Positions 39,701 through 48,366 of a DNA stretch of 64,000 bases are shown piece after piece. The position numbers and the translations under genes were made by a program. The notes beneath the pieces were generated by a model. The model saw nothing but the letters and a program-made list of their open reading frames with translations. It had not been told where the DNA came from and did no database searches. The stretch covers positions 71,821 to 135,820 of the forward strand of contig JBMNFY010000004.1 of the NCBI GenBank assembly GCA_050949565.1, written 5' to 3'. Positions within the stretch are counted from its first letter, which is position 1. Each line of letters opens with the position of its first letter. Source of the stretch: Kiritimatiellia bacterium. Lineage in GTDB: Bacteria; Verrucomicrobiota; Kiritimatiellia; RFP12; UBA1067.

Positions 39701-40494
39701 TCGCTAGGCGGCTCGGTGGGGGAGATGTCGCGGATCGCCGTGAAAAAGTTCAGGACGGCAGGCTTGCCAGCGGGCAGCGCCAGCCGGAAGTCACTCCACG
39801 TTTCACCGGCGCCGCCGCGATAGGGGGGATGGACCGCAAAGCCCGCCCGCTCCACGCCGCCGCGCATCGTGCGGCTGCATCCTACATGGGTGCCACTCGC
39901 CGCATCCGAGCCTGAAAACTGAATGCCGAGTTCACGGGTCTTTTTGCCCTGAGAGATAAAGACCCGGCGGTCCGCACCGACGTCGAGCCGCAGCACGCCG
40001 TCGGCAAGGCGAACCTCGCGCTGCTCGGTCGGGGCTTTGACGGATGCGGGCAGCACCGCGTCAAAAATCGCGATCGGATGCAGGACCGTCTCCCGCCCGT
40101 CGATCGTCAGCACAAGGCGGGCGTGGATCGGGTAGAGCGCATTCAGGACGGAAGGCTTAGCCTGTGCTTTGCAGGAGGCGGAGACGCTCTGGCCCGGCTC
40201 GGCGGTCAACGTAAACGTGTCGTCGCCGACGATCTGCCAGTCGTCATTCAGCCAGACCTTGACACTGCCGCCCACGGGTTCGGTGCGCCCATTGACAAGC
40301 GTGACAGTGAAGGCGAGCGGCTGGTCCGCCGGAACCTTCTCGGCTTGAAAGCGCTCTTGGGTGGACTGCTCGACAAAACCTTCGATGCGGAGCGTCACCC
40401 CCTCCTTTTTATCGGAAGGCGGCAGAAAGGCGAACGCGGCCTGTGCGCACAGCAGTGCGAAGGTCAACAAAGAACGAACGAAAAGACGTGTCAT
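36769..40494 (-). CDS. Large secreted putative glycoside hydrolase (GH101/GH129/DUF5696-like barrel with accessory beta domains)
   Basis: Signal peptide; HAWQRWGYDYRLPEIYPP, FCPHDNYIDFYPDA, LFIDVFTA, MISEAG. Confidence 0.65.
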   Translation of the reverse strand: MTRLFVRSLLTFALLCAQAAFAFLPPSDKKEGVTLRIEGFVEQSTQERFQAEKVPADQPLAFTVTLVNGRTEPVGGSVKVWLNDDWQIVGDDTFTLTAEPGQSVSASCKAQAKPSVLNALYPIHARLVLTIDGRETVLHPIAIFDAVLPASVKAPTEQREVRLADGVLRLDVGADRRVFISQGKKTRELGIQFSGSDAASGTHVGCSRTMRGGVERAGFAVHPPYRGGAGETWSDFRLALPAGKPAVLNFFTAIRDISPTEPPSDGTEHKVFVIGADGETRELFSRFSASKTWEPAEVDLSAYAGQSVTLRLWTGPGPKNDTTCDQCYWGDPVVTVGTLPALADEETWQALERTAVARARDARTKRFGIGPGAFRLNVHGQRFGAAVALGRQGLTDGVIAFSDGTRDLIYRGFACDIDGAPAGGVENGMPVLAIETRRGWSKWRVTHRVATPSGTLPARATLWTEDGALRVAWDMPGVRRDRRGTPRFTRLGLGAAQLPVWRAYAGFGNVIENPGAFTLGAGGFSLSTRHVGADYTNGLSLVQACDIFPDRLVHVSETRRFALETHHDAAFFFVPSAQGAFAAARAYRDLCGFERGPGLDMLGGRMCIDQWSGDYQEAAEGLRQAARYGVTDAVFVKHAWQRWGYDYRLPEIYPPAGGLEPFLEMRRAAEEAGMLFCPHDNYIDFYPDAEGYSYDHIVFTESGAPMRAWYNQGRRAQSYRWLPHAFAPWMTDNMRQMRDGFAPDSLFIDVFTAIAPFDYYDRDGVFYDKNATQQAWCDAFDTCRSILKRGAPMISEAGTDALIGSLDAGQADHFEASRWIKDFSDADRTPWHDMASHGKMVLLAGGLGPRYSELGWRMGNRPEHGYGSDDYLSNTVLGGRNPMCDGPFSRRTVMTYWLLHDVCDTLAAETFETHQFGDSIYQQHTTFSGGGKVWANRGSNQVWTVANDRKLPRYGFYVQTPRAEAGVVLIDGQRAGFARSEKSFFADARPPYDPLTHMKIESATVSGKHLGNGVFDLEFHWNVLTPPIEGYVPFLHICNDQAKDGGSEKIAFQPTMKLDPASFKRAGAFTATARVTVPPSMPAGDYRVRYGLFRPDAGNRMAIRGLDDGNRRICGGVITVAKSGNAFTSGSFTLESESADKNRELNIAGKMLNFGPITTDGAFRLLHGERGAWTLIPLPGSRSFKAEIKLGALGAPRARVKAVELLDAWHAAARAAEWSQEGDTLRLACDGQAFGYRIDFE

Positions 40495-40678
40495 AACGAT
40501 ATCCCCTTGTCAAAGTAAAGTTCCCGTATTGAAACACAACGGCGCGCGCTTTGCACTTAGTTTCTGTTCCAGTCTCTTCCCGCTTGACTTGAAATGACGA
40601 TTCGCGTAAAAGGGTGGCGGATCGTGGGTTGACGGTTTTCTGGTGGCGGAATGAATGGTAACCGTAGGGAAAACAGAC

Positions 40679-41323
40679 ATGGGAATGCAGGAAATAACCA
40701 TACGGTCGTTAATTTTCGGCATGTCTTTGCTCGTGACGGCATGTGCTTCTGTTGTCCGTATGGAAGAAAAACAGAAGGCTGTTCTAATCGATTCCCACAT
40801 GCTGCGGGAGCAAGAGTGTTCCTTATCAGATTGGCGCACGCTTTTCTGGGATTCACCATTGCCGAGTGGCGGCGCTATTCACATCGAGAGTTCTTGTCGC
40901 ATTGGATATGTAACTGAAGTCTATGATCTAACAAGAACAATTAGGATCGAAGTTGCAGTGGGGAAATCATCGGTTCATTACGAGATTTTGATTCTGAATC
41001 GTCGTCAGGGAGAGAGCGGGTGGAATACCTTGAAGAACGACGAAACCACTGAATGTGTCGACAATCATATTCTAGATGAAGTATTGTCAAAGTATTTGAG
41101 CAGGGCTACGACAATAGACCGAAGGGCCATGAAAGATAGCCGTGAATACTTTGAACACGCGAACTTCCAATGGAGTTTTAGAGACAAAGGGCGCTACTAT
41201 CTAGGAGCGTATTTGAAACCGTTCACGTTCGAAGTGGACAGGTTTTTTGCTGAGCTTCAGGAGAGAGAAAAGGGATGCAATTCGGTATTGGACAAAGAGC
41301 CGGGAGCCAATGATGAGAGTTGA
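40679..41323 (+). CDS. Hypothetical lipoprotein (AT-rich)
   Basis: Open frame with lipobox LVTAC; visibly lower GC than the flanks; no family recognised. Confidence 0.65.
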   Translation: MGMQEITIRSLIFGMSLLVTACASVVRMEEKQKAVLIDSHMLREQECSLSDWRTLFWDSPLPSGGAIHIESSCRIGYVTEVYDLTRTIRIEVAVGKSSVHYEILILNRRQGESGWNTLKNDETTECVDNHILDEVLSKYLSRATTIDRRAMKDSREYFEHANFQWSFRDKGRYYLGAYLKPFTFEVDRFFAELQEREKGCNSVLDKEPGANDES

Positions 41324-41543
41324 ATTAGTCAGTCGTGTTGCACTTGTTCTTCTTACAACTGCACTCTGCGTGTTTGGTTCAGAGTCTGGTCGAGCGCGCG
41401 TTCTGCTGGAGGCGACCAGTGATCAACTGGCGAAGATGGTCCGCGTACATAGTGCAAGCCTTTTCAATGTTTCGGAGGCTCATGTATTCAGCCGAATGGA
41501 GAATCAAACCGACAAGCAAGTTAGCGAGAAGCGTTCGCAATGA
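41310..41543 (+). CDS. Small hypothetical exported protein or fragment (AT-rich)
   Basis: ATG overlaps the preceding ORF end; hydrophobic N-terminus VALVLLTTALCVFG. Confidence 0.45.
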   Translation: MMRVELVSRVALVLLTTALCVFGSESGRARVLLEATSDQLAKMVRVHSASLFNVSEAHVFSRMENQTDKQVSEKRSQ

Positions 41544-41884
41544 GGCCCGCTCTATGGATACTGCTTTGCCTAGGCTCAATATGCGTTGTGCCGTTGGTGC
41601 TCTGTTGGCAAAAAAGGTCGAAGCAAAATAAGTGTCAGCCTTATTATTCGGAGAATGCTGAGAATCCGACAGATCGTTATATTGTTGTTGGCGGCAGACT
41701 GTATTCATATGGCAAACTGATCTTCTTGCTGTTATCCCTGCTTGTCTTGGTTGTTTTTGGTCTGTACAAAGGGTGTGTTCTCTTTGACGCGCACGGGTAT
41801 AATAAGTTTAGAGAGAATCCAACGTTGTTGCTAAAGCACACTGCAAAATGTGAAACAGCTTGGCAAGGGAGAATGCGGAAATGA
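41540..41884 (+). CDS. Hypothetical two-TM membrane protein (AT-rich)
   Basis: ATGA overlaps at both ends; two hydrophobic segments. Confidence 0.5.
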   Translation: MRPALWILLCLGSICVVPLVLCWQKRSKQNKCQPYYSENAENPTDRYIVVGGRLYSYGKLIFLLLSLLVLVVFGLYKGCVLFDAHGYNKFRENPTLLLKHTAKCETAWQGRMRK

Positions 41885-42549
41885 CACGCTCAGATTTTCG
41901 TAACACCATTGACGATGGCTTCGCCTGTGCGCCGGAAGGTTGTACGACACTCGCGCAGGCGCGTGAAATGGGCCTGAGCAAAGGCGCGCGGGCGGAGAAG
42001 TCGAAGGTGACTACCACGGCGCGGTTCGGCACTTCGGTCGGCTACCTCAAAGACGTGCAGCCCGTGCTGGACCGGTACTGCGGCAAGTGCCATCAGGGCG
42101 AAGGCAGTGCGCGGAAGAAACTGGATCTCACCTTGCGCGGTTACGAGCCCTACCTCACGCTTGTCGGACGCCCCGGCTGGGGGCGGACGAACGCCGTTCC
42201 AGAAAAGTTACCGCCGGGATATGATCTGGCCGGAACCCTGCAGGTCGAAGCCTACAGCACGGTCGATCCGGCCGCCTATGTGACGCCTGAACCCATGACA
42301 CGCCTCTCGTACACCAGCAGGCTGGTTGCGCTCGCCGCGAGCGGCAAGCACCATAACGTGAAAGTCGATCCCTACAGCTTGCTGCGGCTCATACTTTGGG
42401 TGGACACAATGTGCCCGTATCTTACGGACGTGGAGATCCGCGCCGATGATGATCCAGAGTTCCAAGGCTCCGACTGGCTGGCCATCCGGCCGCGTTTGAA
42501 AACAGCACCGATCGTGATCCGGCCGGGGCCCTTTAGCGCGGACGAGTGA
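41881..42549 (+). pseudogene. C-terminal remnant of an HzsA-like heme protein fused to an unrelated ~50-aa N-terminus
   Basis: VGYLKDVQPVLDRYCGKCH matches VAFNREVQPVLDRYCVRCH of 5869-9063; no signal peptide, propeller or middle domain. Confidence 0.65.
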
Positions 42550-42661
42550 ACGCCGAACGCCGACGTGGTGAGTGTTCAAATAAACCTAACGCGGGCGGAG
42601 CTCGCAATCCAAGTTCATTAGTGCCTTACGGTTCAACAAGCACGATAAAAAACAAGTTGTT

Positions 42662-43181
42662 TCTCACACGAAGGCACAAAGGGCACTAAGGTTTTTTGGG
42701 GGCAGGGCTGGCCGCAAGTCGCAAGTCGCGGGGCGCGAGTCGCGAGTAAAAGCACTGCTCTGTTGTTTCACGCGAAGGCGCGAAGACGCGAAGGTTGGAG
42801 GGCGAGTGTCCCCACGAGCCGCCTTCCGCTGCGCGGAAGGATGGGAGGGACGAGCGTCGCTCGTCCGCGGGCAAGCAGACGCTTGCCCCTCCCTGCGCTT
42901 CGCAAGCCCGATGACAAGAGTTGGAGGGCGGCATCTGAGTGGCGCGCAAAGATGGGAAACTTTGTGTCCTTCGTGCTTTTGTGTGAGATTGAATTGGGTT
43001 GCGGGCTTCGCCCGCGTTGGTTTGTCAGTGCATTAGTTTGTCCGGGAGTGCGCTGTCCCTAAAAAAACTCTGTGCTCTCTGCCTCTGTGAGAGAAAAACC
43101 CGAGTAGCGCCCCCAAAAAACCTTTGTGTCCTTTGTGCCTTTGTGTGTGAAAAAATGCAAAGCTATTTGTGGCCGGATTAG
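42662..43181. repeat. Large intergenic mosaic repeat cluster including the full REP composite 42797-42893
   Basis: 42764-43010 aligns to the reverse complement of 59490-59760; CACGAAGG and GCAAGTC repeats. Confidence 0.88.
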
Positions 43182-43288
43182 TATTCACTCTCTTGCGCCG
43201 TTTTGTTACAGTGTTCTGGTCTTGTGACAATCAATCGGCTGTGCGTTTGTGCATACGTCGTGCTTGCGTAACCATAACGAGGGGATGA

Positions 43289-44671
43289 ATGATGAAGGTG
43301 TCGCGTCGCTGTTTTCTGTCCGGAGCCGGCTCGGTGTTGGCCATGCCGATGATTGTGCCGGCAGGAAGTGTGTCTGCCTGTAAGAGCCGCCGTCCGTTGC
43401 CGTCGGAGCGTGTCCATGTCGGTATGCTGGGCTACGGGACCATGGCGCAGGACAACATCGGGAACTTTTTGCACAACGACCGTGTGCAGGTGATTTCGAT
43501 TTGCGATCCGGTCTCGGAGGGACCGCTGTACGGGTACAAGGCTGAACGCATGGGCGGATACGTGCCGGGACAGCGCAAGGTGAATGCGTTTTATGCGGAA
43601 AAGAACAAACAGCCCGATTATGCCGGATGCAAAACGTTCGTGGACTTCCGCGATATGCTCGACGCCCCTGATCTTGACGTGGTCTGCATCAGCACACCCG
43701 ATCACTGGCATGCGTTGCATACCATCTGGGCGGCCAAGCGCGGCAAGCATATCTACGGCCAGAAGCCGCTCTTTTTGACGATTCAGGAGGGCCGCGCCAT
43801 GGTGCGGGCGGTCGAGCGCAGCGGCATCACGTTCCAGACCGGCGCCCAGTCGCGCTCGAACGATTACTTCCGCATGGCGTGCGAGCTGGTGCGCAACAAC
43901 CGGATCGGCCGCTTGCAGCGCGTCGAGGTCGGGTTGAACCAAGGCCACTCCACGTTCGGCAAGACGCCGGAGCAGTTGAGCGAAACGCCGCTCGCCACGC
44001 CGCCGCCCTATGTCGATTTCGACCTGTGGCTGGGACCCGCGCCGGCAAGAAAATTCACGCCCAAAATCCACCATCCGATGCAGTGGCGCTACAATCTGGA
44101 GTACTCGTGCGGCATGCTGACGGACTTCGCCGCGCATCAGCTCGATATCATGCAGTGGGCGCTGAACAAGGATGGCATCGAGCCGGTCGCGATCGAAAAC
44201 ATCAAGGGACGTTTGCCGCCGTTCACCGACCTCTACAATACGCTGGCGGAGCCGTTCTCGTTTGAGATTGTTTATGGAGACGGTATGCGTGTCTTTGTCT
44301 CGTCGAGCTATGCCTACGGCTGCCGCTTCCACGGCGAGAACGGTAAGCAGATCTACGTGACCAACGGCAAGATCGAAACCAATCCGCCCGAGCTGGTCCG
44401 TGAGAAGATCGGTGAAAACGAGGTCCGGTTGATCCGCAGCGGACAGCAGGAGAAGAACTTCATCGAAGCAGTGTATAGCGGCGAGACGCCGATTTCACCG
44501 ATCCAGACGGGATTCTCGGCGCTGGTGCCCGCCGTGCTGGCGCACATCGGCATGCGGACCGAAAGGGCTTCGCTCAAATGGCAGGCCGAGAAAACGCGCT
44601 TCGAGAATGCTCCCGATGCAGACAAGCTCCTCGCGCCGCACATGCGCGCCCCGTGGCGGCTGGACGTGTGA
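43289..44671 (+). CDS. Tat-exported Gfo/Idh/MocA oxidoreductase
   Basis: SRRCFL, VGMLGYG, STPDHWHA, YGQKP, GAQSRS, WLGPAP, AHQLDI. Confidence 0.92.
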   Translation: MMKVSRRCFLSGAGSVLAMPMIVPAGSVSACKSRRPLPSERVHVGMLGYGTMAQDNIGNFLHNDRVQVISICDPVSEGPLYGYKAERMGGYVPGQRKVNAFYAEKNKQPDYAGCKTFVDFRDMLDAPDLDVVCISTPDHWHALHTIWAAKRGKHIYGQKPLFLTIQEGRAMVRAVERSGITFQTGAQSRSNDYFRMACELVRNNRIGRLQRVEVGLNQGHSTFGKTPEQLSETPLATPPPYVDFDLWLGPAPARKFTPKIHHPMQWRYNLEYSCGMLTDFAAHQLDIMQWALNKDGIEPVAIENIKGRLPPFTDLYNTLAEPFSFEIVYGDGMRVFVSSSYAYGCRFHGENGKQIYVTNGKIETNPPELVREKIGENEVRLIRSGQQEKNFIEAVYSGETPISPIQTGFSALVPAVLAHIGMRTERASLKWQAEKTRFENAPDADKLLAPHMRAPWRLDV

Positions 44672-44675
44672 GAGA

Positions 44676-44746
44676 GTGAATAGTGAATAACGAATAGTGA
44701 ATAGCTGGTCGGTATCGGTATCGGTATCGGTATCGGTATCGGTATC
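44676..44746 (+). repeat. GTGAATA heptamer array followed by a (GGTATC)x6 microsatellite
   Basis: Directly visible; hexamer array spans 44711-44746. Confidence 0.92.
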
Positions 44747-44775
44747 GTCCCTTTTGTTCCTTTGGAACCTGAAAC

Positions 44776-46563
44776 TTGGAACCTCAATTCAAATGGAAGG
44801 AGACCTCTGCTGACGCGGAGACGGTGCGGACGCTGGCCCGCGCACTTGAGCTGCCGCTACCGGTGGCGCGTGTCTTGGTGGCACGCGGCGTGACAGACCC
44901 GGCGGCGGCGCAAAGGTTTTTGAATCCCAATCTGCGCGATCATCTTGGCGCGCCTTTTGACTTCCCGGGGGTCCGGATCACCGCCGAACGTTTGTGGCAG
45001 GCGATCCGCGACGGGCGTGATATCGTGGTCTACGGGGATTTCGACGCGGACGGCGTGGCCGCCGCTGCGTTACTCGTGACCGCGCTGCAACGGCTCGGTG
45101 GCGCGGCCGAAGTCTTTCTCCCCCTGCGCGAGTCCGAAGGCTACGGATTAACGCGCGCGGCGCTGGATCGTTGTCTGCGTGAACGGGGCGGTCCGCCCGG
45201 CGTGCTGGTGACCGTGGACTGCGGCATCAGCTCGCCGCATGAGGTGGCCTATCTCACGAGTCTGGGAGTCGAAGTGATTATCACCGATCACCACGAACTC
45301 AACGGGCCGTTGCCGGAGGCCGCGGCGATCGTCAATCCCAAGCTGGGCGCGTCGCCGGGTGCGGAACACCTCTGTGGCGCGGGTGTCGCGTTCAAGTTGG
45401 CGCACGCCTTGGCGGATCTCGGCAAAGCCAACGGCTGGTACCAAGGCGCGCCGCTGGGCGGCGAATTGCTGGTGCCTGCGGGGCTTGCGACTGTGACCGA
45501 CATCGTGCCGCTGACGGGCGAAAACCGTCTGCTCGTCTGGAGTGCGTTGAAGTATTGGCGGCACTATGCCGGGCCGGGCCTTCAGGCGCTGCTGGCGCGC
45601 GCCGCGCGGCAGACCATGCCGCCCGATGCCTACACGTTCGGGTTTGTCCTCGGTCCGCGCATCAATGCGGCCGGACGCATGGAGTCGGCCATGACGGCTT
45701 TCGAGTTGCTGACGACGCGCGACCGCGACCGCGCGGCAGAATTGGCCGCGCACCTTGAGGGTTGCAACGCACGTCGGCGCGGCGTGGAGGAGCGTATCGT
45801 ACTGGCCGCGCGCAAGCAGTGCGGACTGGACGCCGAAGACGCTGTTTTTGATGCGGCTTCGGTCGTCGTGGGCGGCGAGGGTCCGCACGTCGGCGAAGAA
45901 GAGGGGTGGCATCCGGGCGTGATCGGGATTGTGGCCGCCCGCTTGTGCGATGACACCGGCCGGCCGGCGGCTGTGGTCTCCTTCGATCAAGACGGCGCGG
46001 GACGCGGCTCGGTGCGCGCCGGTGAAGGATACCACGCGCTCGAGGCGTTGGCTGCGGCGGATGAGGCGCTGACCGGTTACGGCGGACACGCGAGTGCGGC
46101 TGGCTTTCATCTCAAGCCCGGAGCGTTCGATAGCTTTAAGCAACTCTTCAATGCAGCATGCGCACGACAGGCGGCGGCGTGTGAGGACGGCTTGCCGCGA
46201 TCGCTGACGGTTGACGGCTGGCTCGAACCTGAAACGTTGACGCTGGAGCTTCACCGTGAGATTCAGCGGCTCGCGCCTTTTGGCAACGGGAATCCGGCAC
46301 CGCGCTGGGGCGTGCGCGGTGTGACGGCGAAGGAGATCCGTCCGCTCGGTGCGTCGGGGGATCATCTGTTGTGCATGTTCGAGCGGGACGGATATCCCTT
46401 GCCGCGCGGCGTGTGGTTCCGCAACGGCGACGCACTCGAAACCCTGCGGTCGGCCAGCGCGCCGCTGGATGTGGTGTTTGAGTTGCGTGAAAACAACTAC
46501 GGCGGCGAGTCGTCGGTAGAATTGCAGATCGTGGACGCTGGGAACAGTGAATTTAGGATTTAG
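44776..46563 (+). CDS. recJ: Single-stranded-DNA-specific exonuclease RecJ
   Basis: YGDFDADG, EGYGL, VTVDCGI, IITDHH, LCGAGVAFKL, GPRINAAGR, GGHASAAG, LAPFGNGNP. Confidence 0.96.
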   Translation: MEPQFKWKETSADAETVRTLARALELPLPVARVLVARGVTDPAAAQRFLNPNLRDHLGAPFDFPGVRITAERLWQAIRDGRDIVVYGDFDADGVAAAALLVTALQRLGGAAEVFLPLRESEGYGLTRAALDRCLRERGGPPGVLVTVDCGISSPHEVAYLTSLGVEVIITDHHELNGPLPEAAAIVNPKLGASPGAEHLCGAGVAFKLAHALADLGKANGWYQGAPLGGELLVPAGLATVTDIVPLTGENRLLVWSALKYWRHYAGPGLQALLARAARQTMPPDAYTFGFVLGPRINAAGRMESAMTAFELLTTRDRDRAAELAAHLEGCNARRRGVEERIVLAARKQCGLDAEDAVFDAASVVVGGEGPHVGEEEGWHPGVIGIVAARLCDDTGRPAAVVSFDQDGAGRGSVRAGEGYHALEALAAADEALTGYGGHASAAGFHLKPGAFDSFKQLFNAACARQAAACEDGLPRSLTVDGWLEPETLTLELHREIQRLAPFGNGNPAPRWGVRGVTAKEIRPLGASGDHLLCMFERDGYPLPRGVWFRNGDALETLRSASAPLDVVFELRENNYGGESSVELQIVDAGNSEFRI

Positions 46564-46748
46564 GATTTAGGAGTTGGATTTGGGATTTAAGATTTGTGAT
46601 TTTTTGTTTGCTTGTCCTTGCGTTACCCTTGGATATAACCCCTGAAACCAATGGTCTGACCCGCAAAAAACGAGGCAAGGCTTGTCAATCTTGTGGCGGC
46701 ATGCTACAGTGATTAGGTTGTTGTTTTCAAACCTAAGGACGGAGAATT

Positions 46749-46970
46749 ATGGCGAGTGATGATGCCATTGAAGTGACCGGTGTCGTAGTCAAAGTGTTGC
46801 CTGCCACCATGTACAGAGTAAGACTGGAAAATGGCCACGAAGTGTTGGCGCATATTTCTGGCAAGATGCGTAAGTTCTTTATCAAGATCGCTGCGGGCGA
46901 CAGGGTGACCCTGGAGATTTCGCCCTACGATCTGACCAAGGGGCGCATCATCTATCGTCACAAGAACTGA
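46749..46970 (+). CDS. infA: Translation initiation factor IF-1
   Basis: [17 protein letters not shown]...[13 protein letters not shown]. Confidence 0.98.
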   Translation: MASDDAIEVTGVVVKVLPATMYRVRLENGHEVLAHISGKMRKFFIKIAAGDRVTLEISPYDLTKGRIIYRHKN

Positions 46971-47013
46971 ATCACATGCGGCGGACAGTTCCGCGTGGAG
47001 CGCGTTCGGCCAT

Positions 47014-47046
47014 GGCGCGTGTCCTGTCGAGGGCGCGCCTTTTTTT
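47014..47046 (+). terminator. Intrinsic terminator after infA
   Basis: GGCGCG...CGCGCC stem followed by T7. Confidence 0.7.
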
Positions 47047-47121
47047 GTCGGTTAAGCCGTGTGCTCCCCGTGTGGTGGTGCCCGGGTGCTAAACAACACA
47101 ACACGTTGGAGGCGAGTAGTC

Positions 47122-48216
47122 ATGAATGCTGGTTTGAGGATGGTATTGTGCGGCATCGTTCTGGCGGGGATGTCGTGGGCGGCGCAGGCCGCAGAGTTGC
47201 AGGGACGTGAGGATGCGGCGGGTAAGATGGTCTGGTACGATGGCCAGGCACTGCCGATCGAGGGCCGGGCGTTCACCGACACCGAGTGCTTCTACGACCG
47301 CCTGCCTGCACGCGCCCAAAAAACCGTGCCTTCCAGCGTGTGGGGGTTGAGCCGACATTCGGCCGGCATGGCGTTTCGCTTTGTCACCGATGCGCCGCGA
47401 CTGACTGTGCGCTGGGCTGTGCGTAGCGCCTCGCTGGCTATGCCGCACATGCCCGCCACCGGTGTCAGTGGCGTGGATATCTATCAGCGCACGTCTCAGG
47501 GTTGGCGCTTCGTCAGGAACGGCCGCCCCACGGCGGTGACCAACTCTGTCGATGTCTCGGTCACGCCGAATGCAGAGTGCTTGATCTATCTGCCGCTTTA
47601 CAACGGGACCTCTATGGTCGAGATTGGTATCCCTTCCGGCCATAAGCTCAGCACGCCGCCGCCGCGCGCCAACGGACAAGTCCGCCCGATCGTCTTTTAT
47701 GGAACGTCGATTACGCACGGCGGCTGTGCGTCGCGCCCCGGCATGGCCTTTACGGCGGTTGCGGGTCGTCTGGTGGATGCGCCGGTGGTTAACCTCGGCT
47801 TCTCGGGCAGCGGTAAGATGGAGCCCGCGCTCTGCGATCTGGTAGCCGAGATCGATGCGTCGGTCTACGTGCTCGACTGTCTGTGGAACATGAACGATGC
47901 CTTGGTCAGCGAACGTACTGAACCGTTCATCCGGACTTTGCGCGACAAACGGCCCGATACGCCGATCCTGCTGGCCGAGGACTGCAATGTCTATGGCCGG
48001 GCGCCGACCTCCAAATCGAAAATCCTGCGCACGATTTTTGACAAGCTGAAGGCGGAGGACAGCGCCAAGTGGTCGCGCTTGCACTATCTGGAGGCCAAGG
48101 AGATGCTCGGTCACGATGGCGAGGGAACCGTGGACGGATGCCACCCCAATGACCTTGGCATGATGCGGCAGGGCACGGTTTTCGGCCAAGCGCTGCAGAA
48201 AATCCTCGCGCAGTAA
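47122..48216 (+). CDS. Secreted SGNH/GDSL esterase (GxDLY N-terminal type)
   Basis: SGVDIY, FYGTSITHG, NLGFSGSG, DGCHPNDLG; signal peptide. Confidence 0.9.
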   Translation: MNAGLRMVLCGIVLAGMSWAAQAAELQGREDAAGKMVWYDGQALPIEGRAFTDTECFYDRLPARAQKTVPSSVWGLSRHSAGMAFRFVTDAPRLTVRWAVRSASLAMPHMPATGVSGVDIYQRTSQGWRFVRNGRPTAVTNSVDVSVTPNAECLIYLPLYNGTSMVEIGIPSGHKLSTPPPRANGQVRPIVFYGTSITHGGCASRPGMAFTAVAGRLVDAPVVNLGFSGSGKMEPALCDLVAEIDASVYVLDCLWNMNDALVSERTEPFIRTLRDKRPDTPILLAEDCNVYGRAPTSKSKILRTIFDKLKAEDSAKWSRLHYLEAKEMLGHDGEGTVDGCHPNDLGMMRQGTVFGQALQKILAQ

Positions 48217-48366
48217 ACACGGGGCGTCCACCCCGAAACTTGAAACCGGAAATCCCCGTCGTTGTGAGCCACTGCGTGGTCACAATAATCGATCCCGATA
48301 GCGATCCCGATCCCGATTTGGATGAAACCCAGAAACCTGAAACCTGAACCCCTAAAAGGTACACCT

